Shown here: positions 28,747 through 38,510 of the stretch, piece after piece | Position numbering within the stretch: the stretch's first letter is position 1 | How the letters are laid out: each line of letters starts with the position of its first letter | Source of the DNA: Patescibacteria group bacterium UBA2772 | Lineage (GTDB): Bacteria; Patescibacteriota; Minisyncoccia; Moranbacterales; DUUL01 | Reading direction: 5' to 3' | NCBI GenBank assembly: GCA_002352545.1 | Contig: DEIO01000026.1 | Location: 4,099-68,098, forward strand | Length of the DNA: 64,000 nt | Translations under genes and position numbers: made by a program | Notes under the pieces: model-generated | Seen by the model: the letters and a program-made list of their open reading frames with translations, nothing else | Database searches by the model: none | What the model was told of the DNA's origin: nothing

Positions 28747-29538
28747 CTAAAAAATTACCTTTTTTTCAAATACAGTTGGGCAAATACCAACCTTGCGCAA
28801 TAATTTTCCTAGCCCATCACATTCTTTGGAAAAATATATTTCATAAATTGAATCTTTTTCTGTTTTTGTAAGTTTTTTGATTCGCAAAGTTTTTTCAATC
28901 TGCTTTGAAACAGCAAGTGCTGGATTAATAAACTCGCAAGAAGCAAGTTCTTTTTTCATAACATCCAATAAGAATGGATAATGTGTACATCCCAAAACAA
29001 CTTGATCAACATCTTTCTTTTTAAAGCCTCTCAAATTCTCCTTCACAACAGCAATTGCCCTTTTCCCATCTAATTCACCCTCTTCTACTAATTCCACTAA
29101 ACCTGCGCCTATTTTCAGCTCCACCTTCACATCACTTGTAACTTTTTCTTTTGTTTTGTTAAAAAGCTTACTTTTAAGTGTTGTTTTAGTTGCTAATACT
29201 CCAATTTTGTGATTTTTTGTTTGTCTTGCCGCTACTAAAGTTGCTGGCTCTATCCCAATAAACGGTATCTTGTAATCCTTACGCAACTCTTCTATAAAAA
29301 CCGATGTGATTGAATTACATGCAATCACGATAAGTTTGCAGTTCTTTTTAAGCAAAAACTCTATCACTCTTTTAGTGATTTCTCTAAGTTCTTCTACTGA
29401 TTTTGTTCCATAAGGACAATGGAGATTGTCTGCAAAGTAAACAATTGATTCTTTAGGTAAACTACTTTTAATTTCCTTTAAAACTGAAAGTCCCCCAACA
29501 CCTGAATCCAAAACTCCAATTGGTCGATTATCACTCAT
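28747..29538 (-). CDS. murI: glutamate racemase
   Basis: DSGVGGLSVL, IACNS and GCTHYPFL motifs; 263 aa. Confidence 0.9.
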   Translation of the reverse strand: MSDNRPIGVLDSGVGGLSVLKEIKSSLPKESIVYFADNLHCPYGTKSVEELREITKRVIEFLLKKNCKLIVIACNSITSVFIEELRKDYKIPFIGIEPATLVAARQTKNHKIGVLATKTTLKSKLFNKTKEKVTSDVKVELKIGAGLVELVEEGELDGKRAIAVVKENLRGFKKKDVDQVVLGCTHYPFLLDVMKKELASCEFINPALAVSKQIEKTLRIKKLTKTEKDSIYEIYFSKECDGLGKLLRKVGICPTVFEKKVIF

Positions 29539-30060
29539 CTAACTAAAAATAATCTTCTTATATTCTAACTTCACTAATTCTTGCTTGATATCGTCATATT
29601 TTTTTCCACAAAGCATTCCACCAGCAATAAACTTATCTTGGGTAACTTCTACTAAACAAAACTCCGGCATTTGAAAGTTATCTTTTTCTTTCTCATTTTC
29701 AAATTCCACATCAATCACAATCAAACCAACTAGATCCTCTGTGAACACATCAAATTCAGCAACCAGTCCTTGATATGGATAACGATAACGTCTCTTAGCG
29801 ACTCTTTTTCCAGAAACCTTTTGTAAAGCCTCGAATTCTTCTTTATCTAAAACGATTGTTTGTTCAAGTTGTTTCGAAGAATCATTGTCTTTAATGGGTT
29901 TCTTCTTAGTCATTTCATAGTTATCACCATTTTTACGTAATCTTAGAACTGGATGATCACTAGCTTTTGGTAAATAAATATCAACAATTTCTTTATTTTC
30001 ACATTCTTTCAAATCTTTTGGCAGTTCTTTTGCTAAATAAGTTCTTTCTAATTCAATCAC
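29539..30060 (-). CDS. CYTH domain protein (triphosphate tunnel metalloenzyme)
   Basis: N-terminal ELERTYL (ExExK-like) motif; 173 aa with an alternating acidic/basic beta-strand pattern. Abuts murI with no gap. Confidence 0.6.
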   Translation of the reverse strand: MIELERTYLAKELPKDLKECENKEIVDIYLPKASDHPVLRLRKNGDNYEMTKKKPIKDNDSSKQLEQTIVLDKEEFEALQKVSGKRVAKRRYRYPYQGLVAEFDVFTEDLVGLIVIDVEFENEKEKDNFQMPEFCLVEVTQDKFIAGGMLCGKKYDDIKQELVKLEYKKIIFS

Positions 30061-30131
30061 GGTCTTGTTTTAAAAATTAGTCTAAAAGATTCCCTTTTAT
30101 ATCTACGCATTTTAATCAATCACTTTTTTTG

Positions 30132-30875
30132 TTAAATCTCAATTTTTGCAAACAGTTTCGCTCCAATCACAAACATAGCTATTGTAAGAAAGGTCAAAAC
30201 ACCAAGATCAAGATAAATACTAAAATTAGAAGCCCCGCTTAATGCTGTTCTTAGACCATCAATTCCATACGTTAGTGAGTTTATTTTTGTAATAAATTCA
30301 ATTGCCTTTGGCAAACCCTCTAGAGAGAAAAGTGATCCTGCTAAAAAGAATATGGGCATTACCAAAAAACTCATTATTAAGTGAAAACCCTGCATATCAT
30401 CAAGTTTACTAGCAATCGCGGTTCCAAAAGCTGCAAAAAAGAGTGCAATCAACAATGCAAAGACAAAAGCAAGAGGAAGTAGTGCCCAATTATCGGGCCT
30501 GAACCCCACAACCATTGAGAGTAACAATACAACAATTCCCTGAAAAACTGCAATGGTAGCTCCTCCTAGAGTTCTTCCAAATATAATGCTAAACCTTGAA
30601 ACTGGTGCAACTAATGTTTCTTTTAAAAATCCAAACTGTTTATCCCAAATCATATCAATACCAGAGAATATGGCTGAAAAAAGAATGCTCATGGAAATAA
30701 TCCCAGGTGCAAGAAACTGAATATAATCACCTCCTGCTGCTTTTTCATACATAGGACCAAAACCAAAAGCGACCAAAAATAAAATTGGTTGACCGAAGGA
30801 GCCAAAGACTCGTGATTTAGATCTAAAATACCTCTTAATTTGTCTTAGCCAAAGAATATAAATTGTACTTAACAT
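30132..30875 (-). CDS. ABC-2 type transporter permease
   Basis: Six-TM 247-aa protein directly downstream of an ABC ATPase, with ABC-2-like spacing. Confidence 0.75.
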   Translation of the reverse strand: MLSTIYILWLRQIKRYFRSKSRVFGSFGQPILFLVAFGFGPMYEKAAGGDYIQFLAPGIISMSILFSAIFSGIDMIWDKQFGFLKETLVAPVSRFSIIFGRTLGGATIAVFQGIVVLLLSMVVGFRPDNWALLPLAFVFALLIALFFAAFGTAIASKLDDMQGFHLIMSFLVMPIFFLAGSLFSLEGLPKAIEFITKINSLTYGIDGLRTALSGASNFSIYLDLGVLTFLTIAMFVIGAKLFAKIEI

Positions 30876-30879
30876 ATAG

Positions 30880-31665
30880 CTATTTTTTTACTCTTATTTT
30901 CATTGAATTATTTTTATCTGCGCCTTCTTCCCTTATTTTTCTTCCTGTTAATTTCAGAAACGCTTCTTCTAAAGACTTTGTATGATTTTCTTTTTTAATT
31001 TCATCTACTGTCCCTTTAGAAATAATCTTTCCCTTATCAATAATGGCCACATCATTTGCTATCTTCTCAACCTCATCAAGATAATGTGTTGTAAAAAAAA
31101 CTGTTATAGTTTTTTCCTTATTCATTTTTTTTATATATTCCCACATATAAGCCCTTGTTTGTGTATCTAGTCCAAGTGTTGGCTCATCTAAAAATAAAAT
31201 CTCTGGATTATGCAACAATCCTCTGGCTATTTCTAGTCTTCTTTTTATACCTCCTGAAAAATTCTTTATGAAATCATCTTTTCTATCCCATAAATCAACC
31301 ATTTTAAGTAATTCTTCTGTTTTTTCTTTTCTTATACTTTTTTCAACTTTATACAAAACTGCGTGAAAGTGCATGTTTTCAAGTGCAGTCAATTCAATGT
31401 CTATGCTTGGATCTTGAAATACAATCCCGAAAGATTTTCTCGCTTCATTTTTATCATTCGTTACATCATATCCATTAAGACTTATTTTTCCTTTAGTTGG
31501 ACTAAGAAGAGTTGTTAACATCTTGATTGTAGTACTTTTTCCTGCTCCATTTGGACCAAGAAAGGCAAATATCTTGCCTTTTTCTACATTTAAGTTGATA
31601 TTGTCAACTGCCACTAGGTTTCCAAATTTCTTTGTTAAACCTTCTATTTTTATAATTTTTTTCAC
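30880..31665 (-). CDS. ABC transporter ATP-binding protein
   Basis: Walker A GPNGAGKST, signature FSGGIKRRLEIA, Walker B ILFLDEPTLGLD. Confidence 0.9.
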   Translation of the reverse strand: MKKIIKIEGLTKKFGNLVAVDNINLNVEKGKIFAFLGPNGAGKSTTIKMLTTLLSPTKGKISLNGYDVTNDKNEARKSFGIVFQDPSIDIELTALENMHFHAVLYKVEKSIRKEKTEELLKMVDLWDRKDDFIKNFSGGIKRRLEIARGLLHNPEILFLDEPTLGLDTQTRAYMWEYIKKMNKEKTITVFFTTHYLDEVEKIANDVAIIDKGKIISKGTVDEIKKENHTKSLEEAFLKLTGRKIREEGADKNNSMKIRVKK

Positions 31666-31682
31666 TTTAAATAATTTTAAAA

Positions 31683-32090
31683 TTAAATATCCCTTCCAAC
31701 AACAGAATATCCCATAACTTCCACCACAAAGTTAACAAAGATATCAGGTGCATCAAACCAAAGCATTTCCTTTCCCCATCCTCCAAATTCTAATTTCACA
31801 TCGCTCTGTTTGGACCATTTTTCGAGTTCCTTTATTTCTACCTGGGGATTCTTAGTTAAAAAAGCAACGTGTGTTGCTAGTTTTTCCTCTATTTTAAGTG
31901 TTTTTTCCTCAACTTCAATTAATTGAATCTCAATTTTCTTAGAAACAAATTCAACTAAAGCCCATCTGACATCACCTTCTCTATAGGATAATTTCATCCC
32001 CATTTCTTCAAAAAATTCAATTGCTTTTTCTAAACTACCTGGTCTAATTTTTAGTGCAAAATGGTGTAATTCTAATTCTTCTAGCATCAA
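31683..32090 (-). CDS. VOC (glyoxalase/bleomycin-resistance-like) family protein
   Basis: 135 aa. LHHFALKI..AIEFFEE..G and HVAF pattern. Weak, by eye. Confidence 0.4.
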   Translation of the reverse strand: MMLEELELHHFALKIRPGSLEKAIEFFEEMGMKLSYREGDVRWALVEFVSKKIEIQLIEVEEKTLKIEEKLATHVAFLTKNPQVEIKELEKWSKQSDVKLEFGGWGKEMLWFDAPDIFVNFVVEVMGYSVVGRDI

Positions 32091-32134
32091 TTTTATATTA
32101 AATTTAACTCATATAGTTTTTTTAAAACTCATTT

Positions 32135-32938
32135 TTAAATTTCCTTTTTTTTGCAAACATAAAAAACTGGTGATTTCCCCGAGTTAAAACCTTTAGACAA
32201 AAAACATCTTTCTCTTACAACATCTTGTTTCGATATTTTCCCCATTTTTTCACAATATTCAATTTCTAATCCAGCCCCTTTTATTGCTTTTTCAATTTCC
32301 CATTTTCCAAGGATATGCACAAATCTTTTTTGTTTAAGTTTTTCCCCATTTTTATTCTTAGACAAGAAAATATCTCCAAAATCAACCTCTTTTACATCTA
32401 GTCTAAAAACTCGTGAAACATAATATTCAAAAAACTTCCAGGCCCAAAAAAAACTAGCTTTACTAAAATAATATCTTCTATGTACACATAGAATCAATCT
32501 TCCTCCTGGTTTTAAAACTCGTGCTATTTCCTTAAGTGCAAGAATTCTTTGACCTCTACCAGGGATACTTCCTAGTGCGTTATTAGCAAATATCACAAAA
32601 TCAAAATGATTATCTCCGAAATTAATATCCGTAGCTCTTCCAATTCTGTATCCTAAATTTAAATTAGTAGAAAGGCCAACTTTTCTAGCAATATCAATAA
32701 ATTCTGAGGTTTGATCAATTCCCACAACTTCGTTTCCTTTTTTACTCAAAAAAAGTGCTATTCTGCCTAAACCACAACCAATGTCCAATATTTTAGAGTC
32801 TGTAGAAAAATACTTATCAATCAAAATTTGTTCACTTTCCCAAAGTTCACCACTTATGAAGTCCTCAATCTCTTCCCTGTTTAACAGGGATCCTAGATTT
32901 TTAATACTATCCTTTTTTATTTGCTCTAAATGATTCAT
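32135..32938 (-). CDS. class I SAM-dependent methyltransferase
   Basis: Motif I ILDIGCGLGRIALFL, motif II D at VVGIDQ, post-I FDFVIFANN. Confidence 0.8.
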   Translation of the reverse strand: MNHLEQIKKDSIKNLGSLLNREEIEDFISGELWESEQILIDKYFSTDSKILDIGCGLGRIALFLSKKGNEVVGIDQTSEFIDIARKVGLSTNLNLGYRIGRATDINFGDNHFDFVIFANNALGSIPGRGQRILALKEIARVLKPGGRLILCVHRRYYFSKASFFWAWKFFEYYVSRVFRLDVKEVDFGDIFLSKNKNGEKLKQKRFVHILGKWEIEKAIKGAGLEIEYCEKMGKISKQDVVRERCFLSKGFNSGKSPVFYVCKKKEI

Positions 32939-33026
32939 TTTCCCAAAAATTGTTGAAAAAACTAATTAATACTAATATCTCATTATACCATATTAATATC
33001 ACATATTTTTCTCAATCAAATAATAG

Positions 33027-33113
33027 CGGAGAAAGAGGGATTCGAACCCTCGGAACCTGTAAAGGCTCAACACTTTTCGAGAGCGTCCCATTCAACCACT
33101 CTGGCATTTCTCC
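33027..33113 (-). tRNA. tRNA-Ser (anticodon CGA)
   Basis: Reverse complement GGAGAAATGCCAGAGTGGTTGAATGGGACGCTCTCGAAAAGTGTTGAGCCTTTACAGGTTCCGAGGGTTCGAATCCCTCTTTCTCCG; long variable arm; loop CTCGAAA. Confidence 0.88.
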
Positions 33114-33117
33114 TTTT

Positions 33118-34350
33118 TTATGCAAAATATTTCCTATCCTTTAACTCGTCGGGTAAATATTGCTGCTCTGAACTGTCTTCCTTAGGCGTATACTTATAAC
33201 CCTTTCCATATCCTAAGTTTTTCATAAGTCTGGTTGGCGCATTTCTAATATGCTTTGGCACATCTAAGTTTCCAAACCTTTCCACGTCCTTCTTAGCTTC
33301 CTTATAAGCATCATATGCTAAGATGCTTTTTTTTGTTTTAGCCAGATAAATAACACATTGGGAAAGATGAACATTGCACTCTGGAAATCCTATCTTCTTA
33401 CAAGCATCAAAAACTGCATTTGACAAAATAAGCGCATGATTATCGGCCAGTCCAACGTCTTCTGCAGCAAAACGAACTAATCTTCTTGCAATATAAACAG
33501 GATCTTCACCTCCTTCTAACATCCTAGCTAGCCAATAAACACTTGCGTGCGCATCTCCTCCTCTCATTGCCTTGTGTAGTGCTGAGATGATATTGTAATG
33601 CTCTTCTCCATTTTTATCATACAATATATGTGTTTTTTGCAAAATCTCCTTCACATCAACCTCTTCAATCTCTCTTTCTAGCTTGGAAACACTCTTTACA
33701 CAAGCTTCTAATGTGTTTAGCGCCATTCTTGCGTCGCCATTTGAAAAGTCTGCTATGGTAGCGATTGCTTCTCTTTTTATAAGAATTTCTCCAGATTCAG
33801 TTTCTAGTTTCTTTAGTGTTTTCTTTAAGATACCTACCATTTCGCTTTTCGTGAGTTTTTCTAAAACAAAAACTCTTGCCCTGGAAACAAGCGCTGAATT
33901 TACTTCAAAACTAGGGTTTTCAGTAGTAGCACCTATCAAAATAATTGTTCCATTCTCAATAAAAGGCAACAACACATCTTGTTGGGCTTTGTTCCATCTA
34001 TGAATTTCATCTATAAACAATATTGTTTTCTTGTCTTTTTCTTGAAAAAGTTCTTTTGCGTTTTCAACAATCTCTACTAGAGCTTTCTTTCCACTGGAAA
34101 CAGCACTCATTTGAATAAAGCTAGCGTTTGTTTTGTGTGCAATGATATGCGCCAACGTTGTTTTTCCACTTCCTGGTGGACCCCATAGAATCATTGAAGG
34201 AACTGCGTCTCCCATTATTGCCCTCCTTAAAAAGCTTTTTTTACCAATTATTTTTTCTTGACCAAAAAAATCCGAGAGTATTCTCGGTCTTAACCTATCA
34301 GCAAGAGGTTGCTTTTGTTTTTTTTTAATTATTTCTTTTCTCATTTTCAA
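33118..34350 (-). CDS. rarA: replication-associated recombination protein A (MgsA/RarA AAA+ ATPase)
   Basis: Walker [12 protein letters not shown], Walker B FIDEIHR, and the MgsA C-terminal block [24 protein letters not shown]. Confidence 0.9.
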   Translation of the reverse strand: MKMRKEIIKKKQKQPLADRLRPRILSDFFGQEKIIGKKSFLRRAIMGDAVPSMILWGPPGSGKTTLAHIIAHKTNASFIQMSAVSSGKKALVEIVENAKELFQEKDKKTILFIDEIHRWNKAQQDVLLPFIENGTIILIGATTENPSFEVNSALVSRARVFVLEKLTKSEMVGILKKTLKKLETESGEILIKREAIATIADFSNGDARMALNTLEACVKSVSKLEREIEEVDVKEILQKTHILYDKNGEEHYNIISALHKAMRGGDAHASVYWLARMLEGGEDPVYIARRLVRFAAEDVGLADNHALILSNAVFDACKKIGFPECNVHLSQCVIYLAKTKKSILAYDAYKEAKKDVERFGNLDVPKHIRNAPTRLMKNLGYGKGYKYTPKEDSSEQQYLPDELKDRKYFA

Positions 34351-34413
34351 CTATTCCCCTCCTCTATATTTTAACACTTTACAGTATAAAAGCCTTACTT
34401 TAGGAAAACTTTT

Positions 34414-34496
34414 AAGTTATCCACAGCTTTTTTTATTTTTTTCACATTTTCTTCACAAATACCTTGTTTAGGCTTTTATTGGCCTGTGGATAACTT
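34414..34496. promoter_or_regulatory. cluster of DnaA-box motifs (two perfect TTATCCACA in inverted orientation)
   Basis: TTATCCACA at 34417-34425 and its complement TGTGGATAA at 34485-34493, each inside a 13-nt inverted repeat AAGTTATCCACAG. TTTTTCACA at 34438-34446 fits TTWTNCACA, and TTCTTCACA at 34449-34457 has one mismatch. Confidence 0.6.
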
Positions 34497-34536
34497 GTGA
34501 GTCTTTTGGCTTTTTTGCCCTTTTACCTCTGATTTA

Positions 34537-35730
34537 TTACTTTTTCTTGCTACTTCTGAAATAAATCATATTAAAGGTTAAGGAAGCACCAGCTGCTAAA
34601 ATAAAAACCCATTTCAAAGGAACAAATATCACAAGAATTATAATAGAAATGTACATAAAAGTTCTACCTATAGCAATTGCCATTTCATGTAAAACTGTAA
34701 ATTCATCAACATAGTGACCTTGATCTGCTGCAATTTCATATGTCACAGCATCAAAAGGAATTCTTAGAAAAATTTTGGAAAATTTATGAAACATATCAGC
34801 TAAAAAGATATGAAAAAACGTTAAAATGAATATTTTTCCTACCCAGATCAAAGCATACAGTACTGTTCCTACCTTTAATAAAGACTTTTTTGGCTTTTTA
34901 TCAGCATATTTTCCCATAAAAAGCTGCATGATCATCGTTACTAATACCACGGCAGAGGAAATTGAACCAACCTTCATATAATCCCCTTCTAATATAATAT
35001 AGATGAAAATAGGCCAAATAATTACACCTGCAACACTTTCTGCACCATCAGCCATAAAAGCCAGTGTTGTACCAACATGACTCTTTTTAAACAATTTACC
35101 CCAAGTCTCACGATAACCCCATGAAAATTTTTCTTTAGTTCTAGGAATTGTGATGTATGGAATAAATGAACAAAGATAAATAACTATTCCTACAATGAAA
35201 AGTGAGTCGTATCCAAATTTTAAAATAATCCAACCAGCTAACATAGGCGCTATAACACCTATAAGACTAATTATTGATTGAATAAACCCAACTGTCTTTC
35301 CTTTATTTTTTTTACCTGAAAATTTTGCAAAATCAACATGATATGGCACCCAATAGAGAGTTCTCCTGATTGTTATGATTATAATCAAAAAAGGCACTAC
35401 TATATTAATAGTGTCTTCTTTTAGCATTCTTAGTCCAAAAAAGTAAAGAGCTCCACAGAGTGTACTTAACTGCAAAGAGTACTTAAAACCAAATTTATTC
35501 AAAAATCTTGTCCCTAGTGGTAAGAACATTAAATAAAGAACTTGGCTCGCTAAATAATACAAAATTACTAATGTAATATTTTTATCAAAAAGTTCAAATA
35601 GGAATATTGGCAGAAAAACACCAAAAAAACCACCTGCTATATTAATTATAACACTACTTGTTAATAATGAAACAAGACCATGAGAAAGCTTTTTATCAAA
35701 ATATCGAGCTTTCTTAAATGATAATTTCAT
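34537..35730 (-). CDS. MFS-type transporter (about 12 TM)
   Basis: 397-aa polytopic membrane protein with two 6-TM halves. Assignment is by topology only. Confidence 0.5.
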   Translation of the reverse strand: MKLSFKKARYFDKKLSHGLVSLLTSSVIINIAGGFFGVFLPIFLFELFDKNITLVILYYLASQVLYLMFLPLGTRFLNKFGFKYSLQLSTLCGALYFFGLRMLKEDTINIVVPFLIIIITIRRTLYWVPYHVDFAKFSGKKNKGKTVGFIQSIISLIGVIAPMLAGWIILKFGYDSLFIVGIVIYLCSFIPYITIPRTKEKFSWGYRETWGKLFKKSHVGTTLAFMADGAESVAGVIIWPIFIYIILEGDYMKVGSISSAVVLVTMIMQLFMGKYADKKPKKSLLKVGTVLYALIWVGKIFILTFFHIFLADMFHKFSKIFLRIPFDAVTYEIAADQGHYVDEFTVLHEMAIAIGRTFMYISIIILVIFVPLKWVFILAAGASLTFNMIYFRSSKKK

Positions 35731-35757
35731 CTACTTTATTTTTATTTTTACTTGATG

Positions 35758-35830
35758 TGGGACCAGGAGGATTTGAACCTCCGACCAATCGGTTATGAGC
35801 CGAGCGCTCTAACCCCTGAGCTATGGTCCC
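35758..35830 (-). tRNA. tRNA with CAT anticodon (elongator Met or lysidine-modified Ile2)
   Basis: Reverse complement GGGACCATAGCTCAGGGGTTAGAGCGCTCGGCTCATAACCGATTGGTCGGAGGTTCAAATCCTCCTGGTCCCA. The 1:72 pair is intact, so it is not an initiator. Confidence 0.85.
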
Positions 35831-36320
35831 TAAAATACTCACCCTGTTACTATAAACAAAATATTTCTTCTGGTCAATCCCTTTTATATTTCAATATCTC
35901 TAACTAAAAAATTCAAATATCCTTATATTCCGTAAAAATGCCTGCTTCAAATCTACCCAACAAGGTTTTTTTGCAAAAAAAGAAGTTCCTTACTAGTCTC
36001 ATAAGAATAAAAAGTTCTTAATATCACTCTTTCCTTCTTTATTAATTTGCCTTTATTAAAGATTTCTAACCATTTTTTATTTTTCTTAAAAAAATAAAAG
36101 TGAAAAACAAATAAAAATATTCCTAAAATCAAGTCTTTCTAGATTAAATTCTCTTACTCCTTATATTAAAATAGATGCTGATAAGAAAACACCCCCAGGT
36201 AAGGACAAACAACATCGGTTTAATAAACTATAAACTTTTCATATAAGTGGTTTCTTTTTCTAGTTTTTAAGCATGTAACCCATTTTTGGTAGAAAATCCC
36301 TTGCCTTATTTTAATAAGTG

Positions 36321-38417
36321 CTATTTAACCCAATGTTTTTCTTTTGTTTTTTTATCTTCTTCTTTTCTTGTTTCTCCTATTTTTTTCCTAGCTAACCTCC
36401 TTAAAACATTTAAATTTTTATCTTTTAACTTTTTAGCTAATCCTATAAGTTGCTGTTTTTCGTTTATCTTAGGATCTTTAATGACTTTCACAAGTAAAAC
36501 TTCTAAAATAGCACCTATTTGTGGACTAGGTTTTATTTTCAGTTCTTTAATAATATCATTTCCGTTTATTTTTAATTGTTTTACTGAAATAGGATCTTTT
36601 GACACCTTTTCAACCATATATTGAAAATGTCTTAATTTATAAGGAATGGCCTTTGGGACACCGCTACCCAATCTATCCCCAACCCTAACATCAATTAAAT
36701 CATTAATGTTATCAATTCCTACTTTTCCTATAACCCTCCTAACACCTGCTTCTCCAACCTCATCTACATTATAATAAAACATATGATTTTTAACCAAAAG
36801 CGTTGTTTTTTCAATTATCTGTCTTGGAAACTTCAATCTTCTAAGTATTTTGTTTGTTATTTTAGCACCAACATGTTCATGGTTATAAAAGGTTGATTTC
36901 TCACCAATTCCCTCCTTAACTGCTGGTTTTCCTATATCATGTAAAAATGCAGCTAATCTTACTTCTAGCTTCTTAGAGGGACATTTAGCCAGACTTGCTA
37001 CTAAATGCTTGTAAACAGTATTGTAAGGTCCATAGTAGTGATGATGATTTTGTTTAATACTTATTGTTTGAACAACTTCTGGCATTATATATTTCATTAA
37101 GCCTGTTTCAACTAAAAGTTCAATCCCTTCTTCAGGATGATTTGATAATATAATTTTTTCAAATTCATCTCGAATTCTTTCTAGTGAAACAAAGGACATA
37201 TTGTAAACTCTTTTTATAATAGCTTTTTTTGTTTCCTTTTCTATTTCAAAACCTAATACAACCGCAAATCTAACAGCTCTAAGCATTCTCAGTGCATCTT
37301 CTTGAAATCTTTCATCTGGATCACCAACAGCTCTAATTGTTTTATTTTCAAGATCTTTTTGTCCATCAAATAGGTCAATCACCTTATATCCCTCTTCTTT
37401 AGAAATTTCCTTGTTTTCTTTTTTACCAATATCCCCTAGTTTGATTGCCATGGCATTTATAGTAAAATCCCTCCTAGAAAGGTCTTCTTGGAGTGTTTTG
37501 GCAAATATAACACCATCTGGATGTCTTTTGTCTGAATACTTTGATTCTATTCTATATGTTGTTATTTCAATATTTTCCCCTTCTATAAGCTTTATTTGTG
37601 GAATTTTAAATAAATCACTTTGCTTATTGAAACAATTAATTGAATCATGCATAAGTTCACTGCCCTTTTTTGTGATTATTTCTTTAAATACACCTTCTTT
37701 GTTGAAATGATCCTTAAGCCAACCATTGTGTTGTGTTTTTGCTTCGTCTTCCAAAAGATTGATTCTTTCAATCGAAAGACTATCTATCAGATCAGCTTCT
37801 AGTAAAATTTGTGCTTCAAAACTTTTTCTTGAAACATCATAATTGTGATTGATAGCTTCTTTTAGGAATTTTATAGTCTTTTTTTCTAAATCAAGTGTTT
37901 GCATTTCAATCTCAAACACTTCTTGCCCTTTGATTATATGAGATTTTTTCCCTTTTATTGCCCTACCCGTATCATGAAAAGTTACTATTAATTCAATGAT
38001 CTTATCATTAATACATTTAAAGTCACTAGCTATAAAAACTGCATTTTTAACAACATTTTGTGAATGTAAAAGTCCATGTCTCTTACACTTTATCTTGCTA
38101 AGATATTTTTTCTTGGCAATTTCAATAAGTTCATCAATTTGCTCACTAGTTATTGAAACTTCCCTAGAAATAACCTTTAATTCAGAGAGATACTTATCTG
38201 GCACAATAACTGTTCCAAATTTATTCTCATATTTTCCGTCAGGAAAAACCCATAATACCTGTTTAGGGGTTGCTTTTGTTGTTATATCCCAATCATTGGG
38301 CTTTTTTTCTAATAAAGTATCCCTTACGCATCCGCCAACAACAAATGCATCAAAATTGTTTTTCTCCAACTTTGACAGTGCTAATTTAACACATTTGGGG
38401 ATTTTTAAATTTTTCAT
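36321..38417 (-). CDS. cca: CCA-adding enzyme / poly(A) polymerase family nucleotidyltransferase with C-terminal HD domain and a ~200-aa HD-like insertion in the head domain
   Basis: GGCVRDTLL..NDWDITT, FGTV, then (after the insert) IEITTYRIE..RHPDGVIF..LQEDLSRRDFTINAMA, ERFQEDALRMLRAVRF, and the C-terminal HD block LHDIGKP..HEHVG. Confidence 0.85.
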   Translation of the reverse strand: MKNLKIPKCVKLALSKLEKNNFDAFVVGGCVRDTLLEKKPNDWDITTKATPKQVLWVFPDGKYENKFGTVIVPDKYLSELKVISREVSITSEQIDELIEIAKKKYLSKIKCKRHGLLHSQNVVKNAVFIASDFKCINDKIIELIVTFHDTGRAIKGKKSHIIKGQEVFEIEMQTLDLEKKTIKFLKEAINHNYDVSRKSFEAQILLEADLIDSLSIERINLLEDEAKTQHNGWLKDHFNKEGVFKEIITKKGSELMHDSINCFNKQSDLFKIPQIKLIEGENIEITTYRIESKYSDKRHPDGVIFAKTLQEDLSRRDFTINAMAIKLGDIGKKENKEISKEEGYKVIDLFDGQKDLENKTIRAVGDPDERFQEDALRMLRAVRFAVVLGFEIEKETKKAIIKRVYNMSFVSLERIRDEFEKIILSNHPEEGIELLVETGLMKYIMPEVVQTISIKQNHHHYYGPYNTVYKHLVASLAKCPSKKLEVRLAAFLHDIGKPAVKEGIGEKSTFYNHEHVGAKITNKILRRLKFPRQIIEKTTLLVKNHMFYYNVDEVGEAGVRRVIGKVGIDNINDLIDVRVGDRLGSGVPKAIPYKLRHFQYMVEKVSKDPISVKQLKINGNDIIKELKIKPSPQIGAILEVLLVKVIKDPKINEKQQLIGLAKKLKDKNLNVLRRLARKKIGETRKEEDKKTKEKHWVK

Positions 38418-38432
38418 ATTTAAATATCAATG

Positions 38433-38504
38433 TGCCCTCGGTAAGAATCGAACTTACATCTAAGGCTTAGGAGTCCCTTATTCTATCCATTGAACTACGA
38501 GAGC
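38433..38504 (-). tRNA. tRNA-Arg (anticodon CCT)
   Basis: Reverse complement GCTCTCGTAGTTCAATGGATAGAATAAGGGACTCCTAAGCCTTAGATGTAAGTTCGATTCTTACCGAGGGCA; loop CTCCTAA. The anticodon stem has one 31:39 mismatch. Confidence 0.75.
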
Positions 38505-38510
38505 AAAAAA

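Noticed and set aside
35831-36320. 490-bp AT-rich intergenic region between tRNA-Met and cca as a possible ncRNA or gene remnant
   Set aside because: I could find no ORF, repeat, conserved RNA motif or convincing hairpin by eye. It probably holds only the tRNA promoter and the cca 3' region. A covariance-model scan could still reveal something.
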